Positions 9,805-21,194 of a stretch of DNA of 64,000 bases are shown piece after piece. Within the stretch, counting starts at the first letter, position 1. Every line of letters starts with the position of its first letter. This DNA comes from Planctomycetota bacterium. GTDB lineage: Bacteria > Planctomycetota > Planctomycetia > JALXBF01. Location: NCBI GenBank assembly GCA_026991575.1, contig JALXBF010000138.1:11099-75098 (forward strand). The letters run 5' to 3'. The translations under genes were made by a program, and so were the position numbers. Under the pieces are notes generated by a model. That model did no database searches. It was not told the DNA's origin and saw nothing but the letters and a program-made list of their open reading frames with translations.

Positions 9805-11874
9805 TCACGCTCGAGTTGCTCTCCCCTTGCGCCCGTGCCGCTTACGGCGCCTGCGGCCGTTGCCGCCAGCGGCCAAGGCCAAGTCAGCCTCTTGTTCGCC
9901 GGCAAGCTGGCGGCGCAGGGCCATGATCCGGTCACGCAGCTCGGCGGCCCGTTCAAACTCCAGCGCTTCGGCTGCCGCATACATCTCTTCTTCTAGCTCC
10001 TTGATGTACTCCATCGTTGCCAGCTGCATCTCGCTGGCGTGGATCGCCCGTCGCACGGTCTCCCGTGCCCGGATCTGCTCCTCGATCCCGGCACGGATCG
10101 CCTTCCGGACGGTCTCGGGGGTGATGCCATGTTTGCGGTTGTATTCCAGTTGCAGCTGCCGACGGCGTTCGGTTTCTTCGATCGCACGCCGCATCGACTC
10201 GGTGATCTGGTCGGCGTAAAGGATCACTTCGGCGTGCACGTGACGAGCGGCCCGACCGATGGTCTGAATCAGCGACGTTTCACTGCGGAGGAACCCTTCC
10301 TTGTCCGCGTCCAGGATGGCCACGAGCGACACTTCAGGCAGGTCGAGTCCTTCGCGGAGCAGGTTCACGCCGACTACCGCGTCAAAGGTCCCCTCACGCA
10401 GCTTACGAAGTACCTCGACCCGTTCAAACGCATCCAGCTCGGAATGCAGCCACTCGCAGCGGATCCCCTGGTGACGCAGGTACGTGACAAGGTCTTCGGC
10501 CAGACGCTTCGTCAGGGTGGTTACCAGTACGCGTTCCCCCTGGGCGGCCCGTTTGCGGATCTCGCCCACCAGATGCTGCACCTGTCCTTCGGCCGGCTCG
10601 ACCCGTACCTTCGGGTCAACCAGTCCCGTGGGCCGAATCACCTGCTCGACTACCTCCCCGCCGCACTTCTCCAGTTCGTACGGGCCCGGGGTCGCCGAGA
10701 CAAAGATAACCTGGTTGTGACGAGCTTCCCATTCGTCGAATCGCAGGGGCCGATTGTCCAGCGCGCTGGGCAGGCGGAAGCCGTGTTCGACCAGAGTCTT
10801 CTTACGGCTGTGGTCGCCTGCGTACATGCCGCGCACCTGTGGCACCGTGACGTGCGACTCGTCGACAAAGAGCAAATAGTCCGGGGGGAAGAAGTCGTGC
10901 AGCGTGTACGGCGGCTCGCCGGGTTTGCGGCCACTGAGGTGGCGGCTGTAGTTCTCAATCCCGGGGCAGTAGCCGGTTGCCAGGAGCATTTCGATGTCGA
11001 ACCGCGTGCGTGCTTCCAGGCGTTGTGCTTCAAGCAGCTTGCCTTGCTTACGGAACCAGGCGACCCGTTCTTCCAGTTCCTCTTCGATCGCGGCGACCGC
11101 TCGACGGATCCGGTCTTCGTGGAGCACGAAGTGTTTGGCTGGGTAGATGAACAGTTCGTCGAGCAGCTGCAGGGTCTCGCCGGTGACTGGGTGCACGGCG
11201 GCCAGCTGTTCGATCTCGTCGTCCCACAGTTCGATCCGGTAGGCAAAGTCTTCGTACGGGGGCCAGCATTCGACGATATCGCCGCGCACGCGCAGTCGGC
11301 CGCGGGCGAATTCCAGGTCGTTCCGCTCATACTGGATTGCCACCAGTTCGCGCAGCAGCTCATCGCGCTCGATCCGCTGGCCGACGCGCAGCCAGACGGT
11401 CATCGCGCGGTAGTCTTCCGGCGAGCCCAGGCCATAGATGCACGAGACGCTGGCGACGATGATCACGTCGCGCCGGGTCATCAGCGCGCTGGTAGCGGCC
11501 AGTCGCAACCGATCAAGTTCCTCGTTGATGGAGGCATCCTTCTCGATGAAGATGTCGCGCTGGGGGATGTAAGCTTCGGGCTGGTAGTAGTCGTAGTAGC
11601 TGACGAAGTAGTGCACTGCGTTGTACGGGAAGAACTCCTTGAACTCGGCATACAGCTGGGCGGCGAGCGTCTTGTTGTGCGACAACACCAGCGTGGGCCG
11701 GTTCATGCGGGCGATGACATTGGCCATGGTGAAGGTCTTTCCCGAACCGGTCACGCCCAGCAGGGTCTGGTACTTCTTGCCCTCTTCCAGCCCCCGGCAC
11801 AGCTGTTCGATCGCCTTGGGCTGGTCCCCTTTCGGTTCGTAGGGGGCAACAAGCTGAAAGCGTTGTTCGGCCAT
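9805..11874 (-). CDS. uvrB: excinuclease ABC subunit B
   Basis: N-terminus [25 protein letters not shown]. Walker A GVTGSGKT. Helicase motifs. C-terminal UvrB/UvrC interaction region ([13 protein letters not shown]). Confidence 0.95.
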   Translation of the reverse strand: MAEQRFQLVAPYEPKGDQPKAIEQLCRGLEEGKKYQTLLGVTGSGKTFTMANVIARMNRPTLVLSHNKTLAAQLYAEFKEFFPYNAVHYFVSYYDYYQPEAYIPQRDIFIEKDASINEELDRLRLAATSALMTRRDVIIVASVSCIYGLGSPEDYRAMTVWLRVGQRIERDELLRELVAIQYERNDLEFARGRLRVRGDIVECWPPYEDFAYRIELWDDEIEQLAAVHPVTGETLQLLDELFIYPAKHFVLHEDRIRRAVAAIEEELEERVAWFRKQGKLLEAQRLEARTRFDIEMLLATGYCPGIENYSRHLSGRKPGEPPYTLHDFFPPDYLLFVDESHVTVPQVRGMYAGDHSRKKTLVEHGFRLPSALDNRPLRFDEWEARHNQVIFVSATPGPYELEKCGGEVVEQVIRPTGLVDPKVRVEPAEGQVQHLVGEIRKRAAQGERVLVTTLTKRLAEDLVTYLRHQGIRCEWLHSELDAFERVEVLRKLREGTFDAVVGVNLLREGLDLPEVSLVAILDADKEGFLRSETSLIQTIGRAARHVHAEVILYADQITESMRRAIEETERRRQLQLEYNRKHGITPETVRKAIRAGIEEQIRARETVRRAIHASEMQLATMEYIKELEEEMYAAAEALEFERAAELRDRIMALRRQLAGEQEADLALAAGGNGRRRRKRHGRKGRATRA

Positions 11875-11895
11875 AGCGGTCTCGCTCGCGAGGCG

Positions 11896-12243
11896 TCAAC
11901 GTGAGGCAGCTTCTGGGGCTAGCGGCTTGGGTTGCCTAATGTAGGGTATCAGCCGTTCGACCGTGCGTGGGCCAATGCCTGGCACGGCCGTCAGTTGCCA
12001 CGGGTCGGATACCGGCGTGGCGGCCAGATGGCGGTGCAGCCTTCGGGCCCGCGCCGGCCCCAGCCCTGGCAGCAACTGCAGTTCCGCCCGCGAAGCCGTT
12101 CCCAGGGCAATCCGGTACGTGTGCGGTTCCAGTAGCAGCGGCTGGCCCGATGGCCGGTCCAGGCGGCTGCTCGGATGCTGGAACCAGCTGGCCAGGCCTG
12201 CCAGTAGGACGAGGGCTGCGGCAGGATTGAGCGCTCGGCGCAT
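11896..12243 (-). CDS. ComEA-like helix-hairpin-helix DNA-binding protein
   Basis: Signal peptide/TM MRRALNPAAALVLLAGLASW followed by HhH repeats (ELQLLPGLGPARARRL ... LTAVPGIGPRTVERLIPY). Confidence 0.6.
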   Translation of the reverse strand: MRRALNPAAALVLLAGLASWFQHPSSRLDRPSGQPLLLEPHTYRIALGTASRAELQLLPGLGPARARRLHRHLAATPVSDPWQLTAVPGIGPRTVERLIPYIRQPKPLAPEAASR

Positions 12244-12587
12244 GGTTCTGAGTCGCTCCGGGCGCTCTGCATTCCGCTACTGAATTATTTGGCACCGCAG
12301 GCTGTGTTGGAATGCGGCGCAGTGTTCAAGAATGCTGCGACTTGCTGTTCAATTTTGCACAATACATGACCTATTTTGCAACACCTTGCCCGCTGGATGC
12401 CGGTGCGGCCATCGACCGGCGTGGCCGTCCAATCGCTGTAACCCGTTTTCTGTCGACGTGTTCTGCATCACGCCCGCGGTCGGTGGCCATTGTTGGCACG
12501 GTTTTTGCATGTAAGCCGTGCGGGTGAGCAGAGAAGAGGCGACGTTGCTGACCCAGACCCCCGTAGAGGACAGCGACCCCGTGAGAC

Positions 12588-12629
12588 CCCTTCGGCTCGT
12601 GCCCCCTCCACGAGTCGAAGGGTTTTTTT
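12588..12629 (+). terminator. Rho-independent terminator on the + strand
   Basis: Stem cccttcggctcgtg / cacgagtcgaaggg (13/14 bp), 7-nt loop, followed by T7 (12623-12629). It sits in a divergent intergenic region, implying a short + strand transcript that starts after 12244. Confidence 0.6.
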
Positions 12630-12935
12630 GCCGGTGGCGCGGCACAAGAGTTGAAACTCGCCGGACAGAGTGACCGCTACCAGGCGGCTCAGCTGTGAAA
12701 AAACTTCGTGCAGGGGTTGACAGCCGCGGGCCGCTTGGTCAAACTAGTAATCGCAGTGGGCGTGTTGCAGGGACGCAGTGGGGCGAACGGGCGATTCTCT
12801 TCCCTTCCTTGGGGCGATCGATCCATTCAGGGGCGATTCGGCAACGGGCCCGTCAGTGGGGCGGGTTCTGGTCTAGTCTTCCGCAGCGCGAGGTACCGGA
12901 AGGGAGCGTGTGGTCTAGTCATCTGGAGGTAGGTG

Positions 12936-14135
<1,200 letters not shown>

Positions 14136-14160
14136 GCAGCCCGCGGAACCCGAAGAAAGC

Positions 14161-14197
14161 AACGCCCCGGGCCTTGTCGGCCCGGGGCGTTCCTTTT
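14161..14197. terminator. bidirectional intrinsic terminator between convergent genes
   Basis: GC-rich hairpin aacgccccgggcc-ttgtc-ggcccggggcgtt, followed by cctttt on the + strand and preceded by a U-rich complement on the - strand. Confidence 0.65.
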
Positions 14198-14220
14198 CCC
14201 TCAGGCTCTCACTGCTGGTC

Positions 14221-15354
14221 TCACCAGCTGATGCCCAGCGACAGGAATGCGCCGTGGAAGATCACGCTGTTGTCGTCGTCGTACTGGCCGGGCTGGGCAA
14301 GGTTGAAGGAGAACTGATCGTAGCCGCCCGCGTAGCCAACCAGGTACATCAGCTCGTAGCCGGCACGGATCTCGAAGTTCTCATGGAAGCGCCACAACCC
14401 GTAGAGTCCGGTCTCGACGATGTAGGAAAATTCGGTCTCGTCACGGTCTTTTGAAAACGCTGTGTTGCCGGTGCGTTCCCTCAGGAGCACGTCCGTGTCG
14501 ATGATGTTGATGCCCGCGGAGGTGCGCAGGAAGGCGCGCGCCTCCAGGCCGGGCATCAGCTCATAGCTGCCCACCACGCCGAGCATCCCCGCCAGGATGT
14601 GGTTGTCGGCGTTCGTCACGTAGTCGAAATCCTGGAAGCCAGTGGCTGCAGGTGCCGGACCGTACTGGCTATAGATGCTGAAGTCATCGTCGATGTTCAG
14701 GTAGCGGATGCCGTATTCGGTGGCAAAGCGCAGGCTACTGCCGCAGTCGGTCGGGGCAGAGCACGGGTGGGTCCACGTCCGCTTGATGAGCTCCAGCCCG
14801 GCTGTGTCTGTTTCGTAGTCGACATCGATGTAGCTGACGTTCGTGCCGAAGTCATCGAAGGAGAACGGATGGTTGTAGACTGGCATGTTCACGTTGAACG
14901 GCCCGCTCAGCTGCTGGGACCGGGTCAAGTCATCGACCCACCAGCCCTGAAGTTCCCATTCCGTCCCGTCGCCAACCTGCTTGCCGATCACAAAGCGAGC
15001 ACCGAGCTCGACGCCCGAGTCGAGGTTTTCGCTGCTGATGACGCCAGCGGGGCTGACCACCAGTCCGCTTCCCTCCCACCGGTCTCGCTGGCGCCAGAGC
15101 AGCTCTCCGCGGAAGTACCAGCCGGCCAGCGTGATGTCCGGAATCCAGTGATAGTCCGTGTCCAGAATGCTCCGATCGATGACGATCGACTGGGGCGCTT
15201 CGGCCTTCTGCTCGCCCGGTAGGACCGTTACCGAGACGTCCGGAACGGACGGATAGAGCAGGTTGCCGTCACCGGCGACAGCAGGCTGCACGGCCCAGCC
15301 CGCAGCGCTCAGTGCGCACAGGATCTTGCTCAATCGACGCGCTAGGCGGCCCAT
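14221..15354 (-). CDS. putative outer-membrane beta-barrel (porin-like; BBP7-like) protein
   Basis: N-terminal signal peptide (MGRLARRLSKILCALSAAGWAVQPAVA). Alternating-hydrophobic beta-strand character. C-terminal aromatic terminus ...FLSLGISW. GGGGAGG RBS before ATG 15354. Confidence 0.5.
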   Translation of the reverse strand: MGRLARRLSKILCALSAAGWAVQPAVAGDGNLLYPSVPDVSVTVLPGEQKAEAPQSIVIDRSILDTDYHWIPDITLAGWYFRGELLWRQRDRWEGSGLVVSPAGVISSENLDSGVELGARFVIGKQVGDGTEWELQGWWVDDLTRSQQLSGPFNVNMPVYNHPFSFDDFGTNVSYIDVDYETDTAGLELIKRTWTHPCSAPTDCGSSLRFATEYGIRYLNIDDDFSIYSQYGPAPAATGFQDFDYVTNADNHILAGMLGVVGSYELMPGLEARAFLRTSAGINIIDTDVLLRERTGNTAFSKDRDETEFSYIVETGLYGLWRFHENFEIRAGYELMYLVGYAGGYDQFSFNLAQPGQYDDDNSVIFHGAFLSLGISW

Positions 15355-15488
15355 TACTTGCCTCCCCAAACGATGGTCTCTCACGCGCAGGGTCGGTGCG
15401 AGGCGGCCGGATCGACCGGTCTCACAGAAGTTATCGTCTGGAGCGGAAGGAGCGGTTTAGCCGGATGTGCCACAGCAGCAGGACAGCG

Positions 15489-15526
15489 AAAAAAGGCAGG
15501 CTGCCCATCGACCTGGGCAGCCTGCC
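15489..15526 (-). terminator. Rho-independent terminator downstream of the beta-helix gene (minus strand)
   Basis: Minus-strand hairpin GGCAGGCTGCCCAgg...ccTGGGCAGCCTGCC followed by TTTTTT (A-run 15489-15494 on the + strand). Confidence 0.6.
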
Positions 15527-15567
15527 AGGGCCCGCTTGGCGTGGACGATGACCTTGCGGTCCGGACG

Positions 15568-17982
15568 TTACCAGTTCTGAACCACGATCGGCAGCTCTAC
15601 AGCCACTACCTCGCCGCTTCGGGTCTTGGCGGTCATGATCAGCGTGTGACGACCGGGCTGCAAGTTGAGTTGACTGACGCGGAAGAAGACCGCGATATCC
15701 CGGATGCCATCGTTATTGAAGTGCCCGCGGCGGACCGCCAGCGGCTTGACGCCGTTGATGCGAATCGAACCAAGCCGCAGCTGGCGCGGGTCAAACTCCG
15801 GCGAACTGACCAACCGGCACTTAACACGCTGATTCGTGCCGCGGTAGAGCGATTGCGTGCAGATCGGCTCGGTGTTCATGCGCTTTAGTTCGGCAAACGC
15901 ATAGCCTACCCCGTCGTCACCGGGGCCCACGATGATGCGGCGGAAGCGGTCATTGAGGCTGTTGTCGCCGCCAAGTGACCCGACGATGTCGGCGCCGTCA
16001 ACGTAGCCGGCCGGCTGCCGCTCACGGATGATGTACCGTCCGGGTCGCAGGTCGGTAAACGAGTAGTTGCCGTTCGCATCGGTATATGTCACCAGGCGTA
16101 CACGCTGACCAAGGTCGTTGCGGCCGGCCAGCACGATCCGTACGCCTGCGATCCCCGGTTCGCCGTCGTCAAGACCGTTGCCATTACGGTCGACGAACAC
16201 GCGTCCTGAGAGACTTGCCGGTGCGAACCGGACCTCGCGAACCGGACCGAACTCCGAGGTGTTGCCATTCAACGTTGCTGTGGCCGTCAGCAAGGTGCCT
16301 TCGGTCACGCCGGCGGGTAGGGGCAGTTCGAACCGGAAGCGAGGGCTGTAGATCGACGCGGTGGCGACGATCACCCCGTCCAGTGTCGGACCGTACCAGT
16401 CGCTCGTTGCGTCGCCGTCAGCGCTGCTACCCTCGACAGCGGCTCCGATGAACGTGCGGCCTTCGCCGAAGCCGCTGGGGTCCGGCTCGGCAATGAAAAA
16501 CTCCACCTTGCTGCCCGGCTCGGCAAATCCCTCCAGCACCAGCTTGCCACTGTCAATCAGGGCGCTGGTGATGAGCGGGAAGTTCATCAGCTGATTGGAG
16601 CCGATATCCAGGTCGCCCGGGTCATTCAGCGTGACGCCGTCAAACTTTGCCGTCGTAACCTGCTCATGCAGGTCAATGCCCAGTTGGCGATTGTTGTACA
16701 CGGAGTTCTCAGTGATCGTGTTGCCGTCCGTCTGAACGACCCCCTCAATGTTCACCGAGATTCCCACTTCGTTGGCAAAGACCACGTTACGGCGGACGGT
16801 GTTGCCAGTGGCTCCCTTGCGAAGCGCGATACCAGCCGAGATGTTGTTGTACACCGTGTTGTTCTCGATCAGGTTGTTGCCCACGCCCGGTTCCACCGAG
16901 CCGACCTCGATGCCGTGGCCCGACGTGGCGTCAAATTCGGGACCGAGCACGTCGGTGTCGAAGTTGGTGTTGTGGTGCACCAGGTTGTACTGGACCACGC
17001 TGTTCCAGCCGTTGACGTCGATGCCGTCATGGTCGTCGTCTTCCCAGCCGTTCTGGAACACCTCGTTGTAGCGCACGTAGACCACCGAATAGTCCCGCGC
17101 ACCGTCGATGCCCACCTCACCGTTGTAGCCGACGTAGTTGTACTGCACCGTCAGCTGGCTTGGACTACTGACATGCACGCCGTCCTTGCGGGTGCGCAGC
17201 GAGATGCCCGGATCCGAACCGTCCGGCAACGTGCCGATCAGATTCCACTGCACCACCCGGTTCGTGCCGGCACCCGTAGCCCCCGTGCTCACGATCCCGT
17301 GCCGGGCGTGGTAGACGGCCAGCCCTTCGATCAACACGTCCGAGACATCGCCATCGATCGTGATACCGTCAAAGCCGCCCGCGTCGATGGCGATCTCGGG
17401 CCGCGGGTACGTGGGCAGGGGCACAGCGTCCACGCCGACCGTGCCGCCACTACCCACCGAGCCTTGATTCGTGTCGCCCACGTTACTGGTCTGCGTGAAG
17501 CCACGGATCTCGACGCTATCGGTGATCGTGGGCAGCGGACTGGCCAGCTCAATCACCCACCATTGCGATCCCACCGGTCGGCTTGCCGTGAAGCCCGGGT
17601 CCGACGTGGGGATGTTGAACTCGATGACGTCCGGGCCCGGATTCGCATTAGCGTCGAGGATGGCCTGTCGTAGCGACCCCGGCCCGGAGTCGGCCGTGGT
17701 GGTGACCGTGAAGGTGCTTAGCAAGCAGCGCTCTTCCAGCCGCTCCAGGCTAAGCCGATTCCGGCCCCGCCGTTGGCTCGTCCGACAGGCAGGCCGGCTG
17801 CCGAACCGCCGAAACAGTTGCCTCAGTCCCATCAAAACTACCTCCACCCCAATGCGGGCTCGTGACGGATCAGACACGGACGTGCGGCTAGATGACCCCG
17901 AGTTGCCCGTCCCTGGGGTGGCACCCGCAAGAGACCGGTGCCTGACACTGTTGTAAAGATGGAAAATATGGGCAGTCAACAC
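15568..17982 (-). CDS. secreted right-handed parallel beta-helix repeat protein with Cna-B/SdrD-like domain
   Basis: N-terminal RRGRNRLSLERLEERCLLS leader. Beta-helix repeats (NNLIENNTVYNNISAGIALRKGATGNTVRRNVVFANEVGISVN). A Cna-B-like segment (GRVFVDRNGNGLDDGEPGIAGVRIVLAG...YTDANGNYSFTDLRPGRYII). 804 aa. Confidence 0.7.
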   Translation of the reverse strand: MLTAHIFHLYNSVRHRSLAGATPGTGNSGSSSRTSVSDPSRARIGVEVVLMGLRQLFRRFGSRPACRTSQRRGRNRLSLERLEERCLLSTFTVTTTADSGPGSLRQAILDANANPGPDVIEFNIPTSDPGFTASRPVGSQWWVIELASPLPTITDSVEIRGFTQTSNVGDTNQGSVGSGGTVGVDAVPLPTYPRPEIAIDAGGFDGITIDGDVSDVLIEGLAVYHARHGIVSTGATGAGTNRVVQWNLIGTLPDGSDPGISLRTRKDGVHVSSPSQLTVQYNYVGYNGEVGIDGARDYSVVYVRYNEVFQNGWEDDDHDGIDVNGWNSVVQYNLVHHNTNFDTDVLGPEFDATSGHGIEVGSVEPGVGNNLIENNTVYNNISAGIALRKGATGNTVRRNVVFANEVGISVNIEGVVQTDGNTITENSVYNNRQLGIDLHEQVTTAKFDGVTLNDPGDLDIGSNQLMNFPLITSALIDSGKLVLEGFAEPGSKVEFFIAEPDPSGFGEGRTFIGAAVEGSSADGDATSDWYGPTLDGVIVATASIYSPRFRFELPLPAGVTEGTLLTATATLNGNTSEFGPVREVRFAPASLSGRVFVDRNGNGLDDGEPGIAGVRIVLAGRNDLGQRVRLVTYTDANGNYSFTDLRPGRYIIRERQPAGYVDGADIVGSLGGDNSLNDRFRRIIVGPGDDGVGYAFAELKRMNTEPICTQSLYRGTNQRVKCRLVSSPEFDPRQLRLGSIRINGVKPLAVRRGHFNNDGIRDIAVFFRVSQLNLQPGRHTLIMTAKTRSGEVVAVELPIVVQNW

Positions 17983-18278
17983 GAATTGAGAAAAATGCGC
18001 GGTTGCTGGCCACAGAACCGCACGAGCCCGCGCAAGCGGGCCGGCTGCGTAGATGAGCCGGGTCCGAGTCCGTCACAATGATGCGTCGGGCAACAACGTA
18101 TGGTAGGTGCGCTGCGTAGAGGCTAACATGGTGGTGTCAGCGCGTGCTGAGGGCCGCCACTGCTGCAGCAAAGCGTCGTGCGCAGCCGTGCTAGCGACGC
18201 TGCTGGCAGGACGGCAGCGTGCCGTGATCCAGCCGGGCAACGGCCGGAACCACGTGGGGTTGCTCCACCGATCTATCC

Positions 18279-20036
18279 GTGCGGAGCGAGGACGTGTCGG
18301 TACTGAACGACGGATCCCTGGCCGCATTCCTCAGAGCTTGCGGCGCCCGTCAGCCACTGCACCTACTGCTGCGCAACCGGCAGACGGGGGAGACAACGAA
18401 GATCCAGCTCCGCTATCCATTTGCCGTTGTCGGACGGCACGTTCGCAGCGACCTACCCATTCCGGACTGGCGGGTAAGTTCACGGCATGCCTATCTGCAA
18501 GTATTCAACGGTGCCGTTTTCTGCGCCGATTTGGGCAGCAAGACGGGCTTGGTTTGGCGCAGCGGCCGCCACGGCGCGAACTGGTTTGTGCCCGGCGATG
18601 CGCTGGTGCTGGGCAATTACGAACTGGAGCTCTACGGACCATCCGCTAGGTTGGTTGTGGATGAGGCCCAACCACCGGTCAGCCCGTTACGCAAGCCACC
18701 CGACCCAGACTTGCGACCAGCGGCCTGGCTAGAGTTCCTCACCGGGAAGTCGCCCGAACGGTACTGGCGCGTCACTCGTCCGATGGTGCTGCTCGGACGG
18801 GCCCCCTGGTGCAAGCTCCAACTTTCTCACCGAACGGTCTCCACGGCGCACTGCGTGCTCCTCTGGCAAGCGGGGAACCTCTGGCTCGTGGATCTCAACA
18901 GCCGCTCAGGCATCCTCGTCAATGACCTACCGCAGCGGTGGGCCCGGCTCAACGATGGGGATATCTTCTCGCTCGGAGTCTTTTCGATTCGTTGCCACTA
19001 CGCCGCCCCGGACGACGTTGACCACCAGCAGCCGACGGCCAGCGTGCCCGAGCCTCACACCGTGGACGACATGGCCGATCAGCAACGCGCCACCGGGATC
19101 GAGGTGAGCGAGCGGGACACGGACACGTTACCGCCCTTCAGTGGACCGGCCCTGGCCGCAAGGCCCGCAGCCCGCTCTTCCGCCCAGGACGACCGAGTGC
19201 CGGTCTCGGCGCACACGGACCCGCCTGCCAGGTTGCTGATCCGGTCGGGTTCTGACGAGGAGGCGGGGCTGATGGTACGGCCCGAAGGGGGCGATGTCCC
19301 GGTTACGTTGACCCGCAATGACCTCAGCTGGCTTGTCGATCAGATGGCTGCATTCCAACAGCAGGTCTTCGATCAGTCGCAGCAACTAGTTCTCATGGTC
19401 CTGCAGGCGTTCGGCAGGATGCACAACGAGCAGATGGCCGTGATCAAGAAGGAGCTGGACGCCTTGAAGGAGATCAACCGGGAGCTTGTCTGGTTGAAGG
19501 CACGTCTGGCCCAGGCGCGACAGCCCGACAGCACACCGACCGGGCAGACTGTCCGGCGGGAGGCTACCACGCGCGTTACGACAGCCATCCGTGTGACACC
19601 AGGACCGAATGGAACCGGGACGCCCCCTGGTGCGGCGGCACCCAGCGGTGCTAAGTCGCAGCCCGCTCCGCCGCCAGCCAGCAGTTCCGTTGAGACAAGC
19701 CTGTCGCAACCGGGCCATGCTGAGCCCCTTCCGCGCGGCGCACAGGCAGCTGCTCCGAAGGCTGCAAACGAGTCGAAGGCTGAACGACGCAAGAGGAAAG
19801 TGCGGAGAGCTCCTGCGGCTTTCGAGAAGCGCTCCCGGGAGACTGCTGCGACAGAAGACAGCCCCGCTGGTTGGCACGCCAGCGAACCGCCTGGGGCTAG
19901 CGACGTCGAAGCAGCGGATATCCATGCGTGGCTTTGTCAACGCATGGCCGAGCTGCAGCAGGAGCAGGCGAGCCGGTGGCAGCGCATCATGGAACTGCTT
20001 GGTACTCCGTTCGGTGCCGGACGAGGGTTGCCGTAG
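18279..20036 (+). CDS. tandem FHA-domain protein with Pro-rich linker and C-terminal coiled coil
   Basis: Two FHA cores (...VGRHVRSDLPIPDWRVSSRHAYLQV...DLGSKTGLVW and ...LGRAPWCKLQLSHRTVSTAHCVLLW...DLNSRSGILVND). Then low-complexity P/A-rich segments and a KKELDALKEINRELVWLKARL coiled coil. GTG start. Confidence 0.7.
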   Translation: MRSEDVSVLNDGSLAAFLRACGARQPLHLLLRNRQTGETTKIQLRYPFAVVGRHVRSDLPIPDWRVSSRHAYLQVFNGAVFCADLGSKTGLVWRSGRHGANWFVPGDALVLGNYELELYGPSARLVVDEAQPPVSPLRKPPDPDLRPAAWLEFLTGKSPERYWRVTRPMVLLGRAPWCKLQLSHRTVSTAHCVLLWQAGNLWLVDLNSRSGILVNDLPQRWARLNDGDIFSLGVFSIRCHYAAPDDVDHQQPTASVPEPHTVDDMADQQRATGIEVSERDTDTLPPFSGPALAARPAARSSAQDDRVPVSAHTDPPARLLIRSGSDEEAGLMVRPEGGDVPVTLTRNDLSWLVDQMAAFQQQVFDQSQQLVLMVLQAFGRMHNEQMAVIKKELDALKEINRELVWLKARLAQARQPDSTPTGQTVRREATTRVTTAIRVTPGPNGTGTPPGAAAPSGAKSQPAPPPASSSVETSLSQPGHAEPLPRGAQAAAPKAANESKAERRKRKVRRAPAAFEKRSRETAATEDSPAGWHASEPPGASDVEAADIHAWLCQRMAELQQEQASRWQRIMELLGTPFGAGRGLP

Positions 20037-20110
20037 AAAGCCGTGCGGGGCGCAAAGAAGAATCCGGAGCTCATCTGCTCCGGATCCAGCCGCATGGCAT
20101 CATGTCCGCG

Positions 20111-20689
20111 TCAGCTGCTCACGCCCCTGGGTGGATTCGGGCGAGACGGCCCACTGTGGCGCGGCGTTGGCGGTCGGTAGCGTTCCGCGGTTGGCGGTCT
20201 GGGGCGTGGTGGCGGGGGCGGAGCTTGCAGTCCTACCCCGCTAGCCGGCACGCCCACAGAGCCACCGCCCAGACCTGGAAAGTAGCCGCCTAGGTCGCCG
20301 AAGGCGGTTGGATGACCGGTTGGTGGCATGCCCTGGCCAATACCACTAACTCCGGCCGCTCCGCCAAAGCTGGGTCTCGGCAGGACGATGCTGCCGAAGC
20401 GCGTGCCGATCAGGCGGTTCAGCCGCTCGCCCTGCAGCGCCACTCTCGTCTGAAGGTGCTGTAGCTGCATCTGGTTCAATTGCAGCTGGCGCCGCATCTC
20501 CAGCTCGGGCCGAATGCGCCGGTAGTACATGTAGGTCGGCCCAACGCGACGCAGCAGGTCGATGTACGGGCTGATCGGGGGACGCCGCTGGTAGAGCGGC
20601 CGAGGGTATACCTGAGCGTACAGCTCGCTGGCAAGCAGGGCTCCCAGCAAGCTGACCAGCGCCCAACACATCTTCCAGTGGCTGAACAT
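20111..20689 (-). CDS. hypothetical secreted protein (signal peptide, coiled-coil, Gly/Pro-rich C-terminus)
   Basis: MFSHWKMCWALVSLLGALLASELYA signal peptide. ATG at 20689. Confidence 0.4.
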   Translation of the reverse strand: MFSHWKMCWALVSLLGALLASELYAQVYPRPLYQRRPPISPYIDLLRRVGPTYMYYRRIRPELEMRRQLQLNQMQLQHLQTRVALQGERLNRLIGTRFGSIVLPRPSFGGAAGVSGIGQGMPPTGHPTAFGDLGGYFPGLGGGSVGVPASGVGLQAPPPPPRPRPPTAERYRPPTPRHSGPSRPNPPRGVSS

Positions 20690-20719
20690 GGTTGTGTCCT
20701 CTGGCCTAGCTACGCAAGC

Positions 20720-21151
20720 CTACTTCTGTTTCTCGTCAGCCTTGCCGGACGGGCCGTTTTTCTCGGGCTGCTGGCTGACTGCAGATTGGCCGGTCACGCC
20801 GCCGGGAATCGTGGCCGGCGCCGTAGTACCGTTGTTTGGCTTTCCGCTCTCATTGTCGCTTGCGACGGCGGGCAGTTCAATCGGTGCCCCCTGAGCAGCG
20901 CTGAACCGCTTTCGCCATTGCTCCCAGTTTGCCGGCCACCGACGCCACGTATTCGGGTAGTAACCATAGTGGTCGCTGTAGAACGCGTGCATCGACTTCT
21001 TGCGTCCGAATACGAGGCGGAAGATCCGGTCTAGCTGCAGGGAGAACCGCTTCCATTTCTCGCCCGCGCCGACCTCGTTGGCCACCGCAGGCAACAGGAC
21101 GCCCGCTGCCACGGCGGTGATGAGCCAGCGTTTCCAGCTTCCACGCGTCAT
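20720..21151 (-). CDS. hypothetical secreted Trp-rich protein
   Basis: Signal peptide MTRGSWKRWLITAVAAGVLLPAVA. Strong GGGAGGA RBS before ATG 21151. Confidence 0.4.
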   Translation of the reverse strand: MTRGSWKRWLITAVAAGVLLPAVANEVGAGEKWKRFSLQLDRIFRLVFGRKKSMHAFYSDHYGYYPNTWRRWPANWEQWRKRFSAAQGAPIELPAVASDNESGKPNNGTTAPATIPGGVTGQSAVSQQPEKNGPSGKADEKQK

Positions 21152-21194
21152 TCGTTGTCCTCCCGTCTCGCTTGCTCAAGCTGGGTTCAGCCGG

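Noticed and set aside
10039-11904. 621-aa ORF on the + strand fully antisense to uvrB
   Set aside because: The amino-acid composition is junk-like (Arg/Gly/Asp/Val-rich, no motifs). It overlaps a high-confidence conserved gene. This is a typical high-GC antisense artefact.
16666-17673. 335-aa + strand ORF antisense to the beta-helix gene (also 14599-15222 antisense to the porin-like gene)
   Set aside because: Val/Asp/His/Arg-rich nonsense typical of reverse-strand reading of GC-rich coding DNA.
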